Of a stretch of 64,000 nucleotides of DNA, positions 22,041-31,375 are shown piece by piece. The translations under genes were made by a program, and so were the position numbers. Positions within the stretch are counted from its first letter, which is position 1; each line of letters begins with the position of its first letter. A model generated the notes under the pieces. The model worked only from the letters and a program-made list of their open reading frames with translations, ran no database searches and was not told the DNA's origin. This DNA is from Salisapilia sapeloensis CBS 127946 (lineage: Eukaryota > Protista > Oomycota): positions 1-64,000 of the forward strand of contig JAADVB010000053.1 of the NCBI GenBank assembly GCA_023334545.1, read 5' to 3'.

Positions 22041-23186
22041 ATGGTTACCACTCGCCAGAGCCGCTCGGAAGAACCGCCTGCCGGTTCTGCACTCGGACAA
22101 GCCGTCGCAGAAGCCGGGCTCAAGCGTTCGAGCGAAGACGCGGTCGGCACGAATGAGACCGAGCCAGTACTCAAGCGTGCTGCAGCGGAACCGCTCAAGC
22201 CAGGACAGACGATCCACAAGGAAGCAACGCTCGTGAATCAGAACGGTGAAGAGGTCCGGTTCCAGGATCTGTACAAGGTTAAGGGCGTCGTCATCTTCAT
22301 GTATCCCAAGGCGAACACGCCAGGCTGCACCAAACAGGCCTGTGGCTTCCGCGACAAGATCAACGGCATTCGCAAGGCTGGGTACGAGGTCTACGGTCTT
22401 GGTGCCGACACGCCCAAGGCTCTTGCGTCGTGGAAGGAGAAGAAGGAGCTTCCGTTTGACTTGCTGAGCGACCCGGAGCACAACGTCATCCACTACCTCG
22501 GCTCTTCCATCGGAGGTAGCAAGGTCCAGCGATCACACATTGTCATCCTGCGAGGAGGCATTGTCGGAGACGTCCAGTCCAAGGTGTCGCCGGATGAAAG
22601 CGTGCGTCTCGCCGTCGAGTACACGGACAAGCAGCGTGACAGCATCACGGACCCTGCTCCGCCAGAGGCAAGTGCTACTCCTGCTGTCTCCAAGCCTATC
22701 CATCCTCTCTCCGTCGGAAGTATCGCTGACTTCCACGGGGAATTGCAGACGGAAGACCGGAAGACAGTCAAGGTGCAGGATCTGTTCCAAGACCACGGCG
22801 TCGTGCTCTTCATTTTCCCCAAGGCAGACACGCCTGGCTGCACTATCCAGGCGACTGGCTTCAACGACCACATCGACTACATCAAGGAGCACGGCTACCG
22901 CGTATATGGTTTGAGCGGAGACACGCCACCGGAACTCAAGGCGTGGAAGGAAAAGCTCAGCTTTGGCTTCAACTTCCTCTCGGACCCGGGACACGCCCTG
23001 ATCTCGTACTTGGGTAGCTCCAAGGAAGAAGGTCAGGAGATCGATCGTTCCCATGTAATCATCTTGCCTGGCGGCAAGATCGGTCAGGTGGAGCGGCAGG
23101 TAGAGCCAGCCGACAGCTTCGCGACGGCCGTGGAATTTGTCAAGAGCAACAAGCTACCGACGCCAGCCCCCGAGACGGACCCTTAA
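22041..23186 (+). CDS. Tandem two-domain peroxiredoxin Q/BCP (Dot5-like)
   Basis: Two PrxQ domains in one intronless ORF: FMYPKANTPGCTKQACGFRD and FIFPKADTPGCTIQATGFND. Each is followed by LLSDP/FLSDP and RSH. Confidence 0.9.
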   Translation: MVTTRQSRSEEPPAGSALGQAVAEAGLKRSSEDAVGTNETEPVLKRAAAEPLKPGQTIHKEATLVNQNGEEVRFQDLYKVKGVVIFMYPKANTPGCTKQACGFRDKINGIRKAGYEVYGLGADTPKALASWKEKKELPFDLLSDPEHNVIHYLGSSIGGSKVQRSHIVILRGGIVGDVQSKVSPDESVRLAVEYTDKQRDSITDPAPPEASATPAVSKPIHPLSVGSIADFHGELQTEDRKTVKVQDLFQDHGVVLFIFPKADTPGCTIQATGFNDHIDYIKEHGYRVYGLSGDTPPELKAWKEKLSFGFNFLSDPGHALISYLGSSKEEGQEIDRSHVIILPGGKIGQVERQVEPADSFATAVEFVKSNKLPTPAPETDP

Positions 23187-23258
23187 GTACAATTTTTATG
23201 AATGAAATCGAGAGCTATCTGTCGTCTCAATGCAACTGTCACTTGTTTTGCGTTCTAT

Positions 23259-24549
23259 CTAGTCCATCTGGATGTTAATATCGGAGGATGGGAAGGCGCC
23301 TTGTGGTTCCTGTCCATTTGGATCCTCTCCGTCCGTGCCTTGCTGGTAGGCCTCGTCCATCGTCCGGAACAAGGACTCGGTCTCGTCCTGGACACGCAGT
23401 CCGTCCATGCCGATGGGTGTAAACGGGTCCTCCATGGCTTTTTCGACGTTAAAGATGCCGACCATAGTGAGACTCGTGAGGACACTAAAGGCGAGGCAGT
23501 AGGCGAAGTTGGTGTACATGGTCTGATACGAGTGGAGGAGGTAGACGTAGTAGGGGCCGTAGAAGATTGGTAGCACGAAGATGAAGAGACGCGTGAAGGA
23601 ACGAGTGGCTTGGGGCGTGCGGTAGAATTTGACGTTCTGGATGTTCTCCATGCGTGCTTGGAGCATCCAATGGAACTGGTTGATACGAGAAGCTTCGTTG
23701 CCTGGGAGACCAGCGACTTTCATGACTTCCACGAGCTCATATAGGCGTCGAAAGTGGCGGCCTTTGGACACTTGCATCTGTTCAAAGGTAGACATGCACT
23801 TGGACACTTGTGTCCACCCGGCGTTCGTCATCCGGTGTCTCCCGCGGTTGAACGTCGGGAGGAGGAGGGACGTGGCGAAGTCGATCCAGAGGTTCTTGAG
23901 CGCGTTCTTGGCGTTCTTGGCATGGTCCTTGGGGATCTTGTGCCGGATCTGGTTGCCGATGCCCCAGACGGTGTGTGCCAGGAGGATGTTGGTCATGAGC
24001 GACTTGGCTGAGGAAGGTTAGAAGTGAGGATGGGAGAGGTAGGAAGAGATGAAATACCATCGGCGAGCATTTGGAGAGCAAATTCTCGACGCATAAAGGC
24101 TAGGCGGATCTGCAGGACTAGAGGTGACACGACTGCAAAGGAGACGAGTACCCAGGACAAATGGGCGCCGAAGCTGTGCTTGTCATCTTGGTTGTGACTG
24201 CCGTAATAATAGTATAGACTCGTGGAAACGATGGCACAGAGGACGTCAAGGATGGCTTCAAAGGTGATCAAGTGCAGCCAGAAGATTTTCCACGCGCCAT
24301 ACAGGTCGAGTACCGAGTCACGGCAGCTGCGGATGAATTTGACGCAGCAGGAGGAAGTGTCTGGCTCTGCATAGGCACGTATGTTCTCCTCCAGCTCTGT
24401 TGTCAGAGGATGCAGCGAATTGGAGAGACGATAGGGAGTAGCGTAGCCTAACATGGAATGTGCATGTACTTGACGATGCTTTATTTAGGTTGTGTTGACG
24501 GACGGAAGAGAGTATTAGTGCGAGAGATCACTCGATGTGTAGAATCCAT
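23259..24549 (-). CDS. Bestrophin/UPF0187-like multi-pass membrane protein; start provisional
   Basis: LVSFAVVSPLVLQIRLAFMRREFALQML in the N-terminal half and GIFNVEKAMEDPF near the C-terminus, echoing the IExPF motif of bacterial-type bestrophins. About four hydrophobic segments. Confidence 0.55.
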
Positions 24550-24944
24550 GGTGATCTTCCGGCATGTCGTTTCAAGATTCCACTATCCAGACGTATCCGG
24601 ATGTAGACGACTGAATCCGCCAGGTTTCCATAGGAATGGCATCATGAGAAGAAGATACATTCCTTTTGAAACGTAGGCCGTCTTCGCACTGGATAGTGAT
24701 TCGGCAAAATTACGGAGTCTCATTTTGTAATTCTGTTCATGATCATCTAACCGGGCAATTCGGCATTCACTGAGAATAGCCGATTTTGCTTTGCCACTTA
24801 CCATCGGAAACCTAGCGTAGCGCTTTAATACAATTTCCCCCTTGTCTGCAATCAGGAAGAAACGATCTTCGAGAGGACTTCAAGGCACGCCTGATACTCG
24901 AGATACGCAAATGTGCAAATGTGCAAATGCGCGTGAAAGACTCA

Positions 24945-25114
24945 GTGAGTTCTTCGCTTTACTTGCGCTATTGAGCTCTTCGCTTTTATTTCGGAACAGA
25001 CAGAGTACAGTGATGGACGAAATGATTGAGCGATATTTATGATTCGCACTGTACCTCGTCCCACTAAAATGGCAAAGAGCTCAATACCGCAAGTAAATCG
25101 AATAAAACTTCAAC
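24945..25114. ncRNA. About 170-nt imperfect foldback, pre-miRNA-like hairpin candidate
   Basis: 24950-24983 pairs with 25072-25105 at 30 of 34 positions. An inner stem pairs 25005-25012 (GTACAGTG) with 25047-25054 (CACTGTAC), with further bulged pairing. Expression is unknown. Confidence 0.45.
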
Positions 25115-25400
25115 TTGAATGATATCGTCGAGAAGCCACGATATGCTCGACGCCATTCCCCACTGGAGCATGACAAAGGAACAAACGATATACGTGGAAA
25201 GCGAAGTGATAGTAGGGCGAATCGCCAGACTTGGGCATTGTTTTCTAGTACAGCCTTTGTGTTTTTGTGCATAAAATGCTTCTTATTCCTCGCATTACCC
25301 GATTATACGCTCAACGGACACGGCCTTAGTGGGTGCACTATTGTTGAGTATACCCTTTCTTCCTTGCCCGAGACACAAGAAGCTGAAGACAATAGATACC

Positions 25401-25427
25401 TTGACGTCCCATCTGATGGGACGTCAA
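25401..25427. repeat. Perfect 27-bp palindrome (13-bp arms, 1-nt centre) with two inverted TGACGTC motifs
   Basis: TTGACGTCCCATC-T-GATGGGACGTCAA, read directly from the sequence. It ends 90 bp upstream of the transporter ATG. Confidence 0.9.
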
Positions 25428-25516
25428 CTTCAATAGCGGGTACGTGACTGGTACACTATCTGATTCGTTTGCTCAACCATCTCACATTCCATTCGACTGT
25501 CGTCAATCTTCCTCCC

Positions 25517-26972
25517 ATGTCGACCTCCGATCGTACGGACGATGGGCCTCCCTCCATGGTCAAGACGGGTATCTACAAGTATGAACGCAATAGGATGAGC
25601 GACGAGTTCTTTTCCCCCGGACCTCAGAGGTACCATTCCTACATGCTCATCAATCCATCCGAGTCTGATTACACCTCCTAGCACACTGCGCACAGCGAGT
25701 CTTTCGTCCGCCGTCTTCAATTTAGTCAGCACTATCATCGGCGGAGGTGTACTCTCCCTCCCGTACGCCTTCGACAAGTGTGGCATCGTCCTCGCCGTCT
25801 TCTTCATGCTCCTGTGTGCCGCTGCTGCCAACTTCAGTCTGTACGTCCTCGTAAGCTCCAGCCGTCGAGGCCGTGCCAAGTCATACGAAGAGGTGGTTCG
25901 AGCAGCTTTGGGGGAGAAAGCAGGCACCTTTGCGCTTGTGATCCTCGTGCTGCTCACCTTCACGACGCTCATTGCATACGCTATCTTGACCAAGGACTTT
26001 GTCACGAGTCTCGGCTCCCACTTCATCTTCGGTCGAGAGGTAACAACGAGAGAAGCGAACGTCATGACCATCGTATGCATCACGCTCATCTCCCCCATGC
26101 TCTTCGCCCGTACGATGGACGCACTGCGGTTCACGTCAGTCATGAGTCTCCTGTCGGTGCTCATTCTAGCCATCGCAGTCGTGACTCGCGCCGTCCAGAG
26201 CGTCACAGACATGCCGATGGAGGAGAGGCAGCCTCTCAAAATCTGGCCGACCAGTTGGCTGGATGCGCTGTACGCCTTCCCGATCATCAGCGTCTCGTTC
26301 CAATGCCACTTTAACGTCCTCCCAGTCTACCGTGAGCTGCATAAGCCCACTCGTCGTCGCCTCAAGCTGGTCGTGAGTGCTACTGTCTTCTCCTCCTGGC
26401 TCTTCTACCTTGTCGTCGGAGCGGCTGGCTATCTCTTTGCGTATCAAATGCCAGAAGGCGTCCAAGGTGACATTCTACAGAACTTTGATGTGGACGATCT
26501 GCTTATCAACGTCGGTCGCTTCGGTCTACTCGTGACGATTCTGCTGAGCATGCCTCTGGTCATCCAGCCATGCCGCACCAACACCCTCCACCTGATCAAG
26601 AAGCTGCTGGTGTGGTGGAAGACGCGTTCGTCCGTGACGGAGGAAGAGCGTCAGTCTCTCATGAACCACGTCCCGAACGGCGGTATCGGACGTACGAGTG
26701 CTGCGAGTATCCACGTCATCTTGACCGTCGGTATCATCGTCAGTGTGCTGGCGCTGGCACTTATCCTCCCAGGCGTCGCTGTCGTGTGGAACGTCATGGG
26801 CTCCACGGTTGGTCTCATGGTATCCTACGTCCTCCCTTGCATCTCGTACGTCTACATCCGCACGGAGAAGCCTCAGTCCGACAGTCGAAAGGTAGCAGCA
26901 TGGACGATCTTCGTCTGTAGCGCTATGCTCAGCGTCATGTGCACCGTCCAGTCGTTTGCTGCCATCTTCTAG
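25517..26972 (+). CDS. Amino-acid transporter, AAAP/SLC38 (Aa_trans) family
   Basis: AVFNLVSTIIGGGVLSLPYAF, SYEEVVRAALG, FPIISVSFQCHFNVLPVYRELHKPT, LLSMPL, VWNVMGSTVG. About 11 TM segments and one intron near 25629-25681. Confidence 0.92.
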
Positions 26973-27044
26973 TTGGATACTCGTGATATAAAAGAACTGA
27001 AATGGAAAAAGTGATCTTTAACGACCTGTATCTCGTTTCGTTCG

Positions 27045-28377
27045 TTACGTGTCTACGTGGACACCTCTTAACGCCCCGTTCTCTTGCATTACACCTAGCA
27101 GCTCCTTGGCGTTTGTATCATGTGGGGCTGCGAGTTCTAGCCACTTGCGTGCCAAGTCGACGTCATGCGGCACTTGGCCGTAGCCACGTCGGTACATTTG
27201 CGCGAGGTTGACCATCGCCATGACAAAACCTTGATCTGCAGCTCGACGGAAGAGCGTCTCGGCCTGCAGACTATCTGGTCGAACGCCATCGCCGGTGAGG
27301 AATATGTAGCCGAGGTTGAACTGGGCGGTCGCGACGCCTCGTGCCGCTGCTTCCGTGTACAGCTCGATGGCCTTGGTCTTGTTCTGTGACACGCCTCGAC
27401 CGTGGTAGTAGCGCTCTCCTAGCTTAGCCTTGGCTTGCGGGTCGCCCATCTCCGCGGCCTTGATCAGCCACCTGACTGCCTCCGTTTCATTCTACAAGAG
27501 CGTGAGGGTGAATGTAAGAGATACAGTGGACGGTACAAGTACTTTGGGAGCGCCTCGACCATCTGCATACATGTTGGAGACGTTGAGGAAGGCAGGAGGG
27601 AGGTTCTTTTCGGCGCACTTCTTGAAGAGTTCAAACGCTCGTCGTTCATTCTTCTTTACGCCGTCGCCTGTGCTAAGAGCGTTCGCGTAGGCAAACATGC
27701 CCCAGTCATGTCCGTCGTTTGCTAGCTGTTGCATGTTAATATGATGGTTTAGAGACTCGGGAGTTGGATGAGTTTCTACCTCTCTAAAGTATTGATTGGC
27801 ACGATCTACTTGTGGAGATGGAAGGCCTGTAGATGGTGCATATGGAGTTAATAAAAGTTAGAGGAGATGGGAATTTTATGTGACGCACCGATCCCCTTCT
27901 TCATGCACATGGCGTAGCTGTATTTGGCTGGATTATTTCCCTGTATGTAGATATAAGAGGTCATGGGTTTGGATATGAGATGCATGCATTGGGAAGACAC
28001 CTTTTCGATGGCTATTTTCCAAAGGTGGATGGCCTTTTGGACTTCTGTCGGATCGCTGTCCGAGTTCGAGTAGATCATGTTAGCTACTTGACAGAACTGG
28101 AAGCCATTACGCAGTCTGGCAACAAAGTCGGAGGATTGGAACTAGACCATCCGATCAACATGACAATTTCTAGCACAGGTCGACAGGTAGATAAGGTACC
28201 TGCTCCAGACTCGAGTCTCGACCAAGTGCTCTCATTTGCGATAAAACATGTCCAAATTCCTATTTCTTTGAGCTTATTCTCTTACACTGCATGCATCTAG
28301 ATATCATATCCAACCTGAGCACCTTGTTGCCGCTTTGCGATCCGGCGCTGCCGCATATAGCCGACCAAGCGCTTCAT
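27045..28377 (-). CDS. Sel1-like repeat protein (multi-exon; start provisional)
   Basis: AKLGERYYHGRGVSQNKTKAIELYTEAA, AQFNLGYIFLTGDGV, AMVNLAQMYRRGYG, FAYANALSTGDGVKKNERRAFELF. Confidence 0.8.
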
Positions 28378-28534
28378 GCCTCGAGACCGAGATCAACTTT
28401 TGTTTTATTGTTCCTTTCTCGCGTTTTCCACCAATCCAATCTCTTCGTTTTGATTAACCACCAATGAAAGACCACCATCCGACAGCCTCAAGCAGCCATA
28501 CAGCTACTTTACAGCCTTTGCGATCGCCAGCAGC

Positions 28535-30562
28535 ATGCCGACGGTCGGTGTCAAGCGCGATGAGCTCTTCGCTGCCATGCAGCAAACGTACACGGACGAC
28601 GAGTTCGACAAACTCTGCTTCGAGTTCGGCATCGAGCTCGATGACATCACGAGCGAGCGACAGCTCCTCCAGCGCGAGCAAGGCGAGCAAGCGCAAGGAG
28701 GCGAAGACGCTGTCATCTACAAGATCGACGTCCCTGCGAACCGGTACGACTTGTTGTGCGTGGAAGGTCTAGCTCGTGCCCTCCGAATTTTCCTCCAGAA
28801 GGAGTCTCCCCCGACGTTCCAGATCAAGCCTCGATCCGGTGGTAATCACAAGCTCCATGTCAAGTCTAGCACGCAGGTGCGTTCCTATCGTCTTTGTATT
28901 GCACTAGTCAGGAGATTTATGTGTTGATGAGTAGCAAGTGCGTCCGTACATGGTGTCTGCCATCCTCCGCAACGTCCGCTTCACGCAAGAGCGTTACGAC
29001 AGGTGCCTTCTAGCATTCATTTATTCCTATCTAGACACATAACTGATCTCTTTCGTGTCAATGTAGCTTTATTGATCTCCAGGACAAGCTTCACCAGAAC
29101 ATTTGTCGTCGCCGTACGCTCGTGTCGATCGGAACGCACGACTTGGACACGACTGAAGGTCCTTTCACCTACTCTGTACGCTCTCTCTTCTGCATCTTTG
29201 TATAGAAGCATCCTAATGATACACACGTAGGCTGAAGCACCGCAGGAGATCAACTTTGTGCCGTTGGGTCAGTCGAAAGAGTTCATGTCGAAAGACTTGT
29301 TGGATATGTACAAGACCGACCCGGCGTACAAGCACTTGAAGACGTATCCGGACATTATCTACGACTCACCCGTGTACCCAGTCTTTAAGGACAAGAACGA
29401 CACGGTCCTGTCCATGCCTCCGATCATCAACAGCGAGCACTCGAAGATTACGTTGGACACGAAGAACGTCTTGTTCGACGTGACGGCGACGGACATTACC
29501 AAGGCCAAGATCGTCCTGAATACGATCATCGCCATGTTCTCCGAGTACTGCGCTGAGCCTTTTAGCGTCGAGCCAGTGGATGTCGTGTACGAAGACGCCT
29601 CGCACGGCAAGTCGGAGACGACGCCGGACATGAGCCACCGTCTCGTGGAGGTGGAAGTGAAGGACATTTTCTCCATGCTCTTCGGCAAGAACCAACCTGT
29701 TGACTTGGACGTCGATCGTATCTGTCAGCTGTGTGACAAGATGCAGTTGGGAGCCGAGAAGAAGGGAGACGACAAGATTGTTGTGGATGTGCCTCCTACG
29801 CGTTCCGACATTCTGCATCCTGTGGATGTCATGGAAGACGTCGGCATCGCATATGGCTTCAACAACATCCCACTCACGATCCCTCAGACCATGACGATCG
29901 GTCAGCCGCAGGAATTGAATAAACTCGGAGATTCGTTACGTGAAGAGATCAGTCGAGCAGGGTACATGGAGCTACTGACTCATGGTCTGTGCTCTCACGA
30001 CGAGAACTTTGCGTTCTTACGTCGGCAGGATGATGGCAAGAGTGCCGTCGTCTTGTCTAACCCCGCGACAATCGAGTTTGAAGTCGTACGAACGTCGCTT
30101 ATGCCAGGCGTCCTCAAGACGCTTCAGAACAACAAGAGCATATCTGTCAAGGAAGGACTCAAGCTCTTTGAAGTGTCCGACGTCGTGCTACTAGATGAAG
30201 ACTCGGATGTCGGAGCACATAACGACCGACGCATCTGCGCTTCGTACACTGGTCACACGGACGGCTTCGAGGTCATCCACGGACTCGTCGATCGGATCAT
30301 GCAGCTGCTGGACATTCGTGCCGTGGTGGAGAACCCATCCGAGGCGCAGAAGGCGGCGCAGAGCTATGAAGTCGTGCCGTCTGATCGCGAAACGTTCTTC
30401 CCTGGACGCTGTGCAGATATCATCCTGTACTCGCGCAAGGACGGGAAGGAGACGAAGCAGACGCTTGGATCCTTTGGTGTGTTGCACCCAGAGGTGTTGC
30501 GCAGCTTCGAGCTCATTTACCCGACGTCTGTGCTCGAGATGGAGCTCCAGCCATTGGTGTAA
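28535..30562 (+). CDS. FARSB: Cytosolic phenylalanyl-tRNA synthetase beta subunit
   Basis: [107 protein letters not shown]. Confidence 0.96.
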
Positions 30563-30664
30563 TGAAAGAGCTATGAATAGCAAGACGGAAATAGCTGTCG
30601 AGATGCGAGTAGTCAAGAGAGAGGAGTAGAAGGCAATAAGACTACGTTTGCATTTTCAAAAGGC

Positions 30665-31284
30665 ATGTCTTCCAAGGATCACGAGCTAGATGAACTAAAT
30701 GATGCCATGGTGGTGTGCAACCCGCTTACCTACGGTCAGAAGACCAATTGGTATCTGCTCTTTTGGTCTTGTAGACACTTGTGTTAGGTCGTCTTATCGG
30801 TTCCTTTGGATGTAGGTCGTCTACCAATGCAGCGGCCAGACAGACCGCTGCTCAAGAGGCAGAGTACGCTAGTAAGCTTCCGAATCAGTTCGTACTGACG
30901 GACAAACGAGACCAGCAACGAGCTTTTGCTGCAGCTGCAGAGGCGGCGAAGCATCCGCCGAGACCATTGCGACCGGATACGCTTGATTCACCCGAACGAA
31001 AGAGTGATCGTGGAGAGCAGAGATTGTTGCCGGAGGAAGTGGTTTCAAATCAGCAGAACGCTAGGATTCCAAAGGCGAAACGGAGTAATATGGATGGAGT
31101 CTTGAGAGGTATACCGAGAGATAGCTCGGAGCTCAAGTCGACGCAAGGTGATGCGTATGAATACTGCAACGAGATGGATCGTATGAATCGCGATAAGAAT
31201 ACTGAGCACTTTCGCAAGCGTGACGCGTACTCGGAATACGTCGAGGCGAGAGCTCGATTCAGTAAGATGCATAGTGTCAATTAG
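30665..31284 (+). CDS. Small uncharacterised protein, possibly a ciliary microtubule-associated protein
   Basis: Exon MSSKDHELDEL..CNPLTYGQKTNW splices in frame to SSTNAAARQ..EHFRKRDAYSEYVEARARF. Confidence 0.5.
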
Positions 31285-31375
31285 CATGCAGCTAGTCTCT
31301 AAAGAACTGGTACTCTACATTAAACTGCTTATGGCTATCGTTTCTCTTGCTCTATTGTCTTTACAGTTCCATAAC

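Noticed and set aside
25430-26287. Long antisense ORFs here and elsewhere (for example 4994..5734, 5877..6662, 7542..8186, 15149..16084)
   Set aside because: They mirror well-supported genes on the other strand, have no recognisable motifs, and are expected from GC-rich codon usage.
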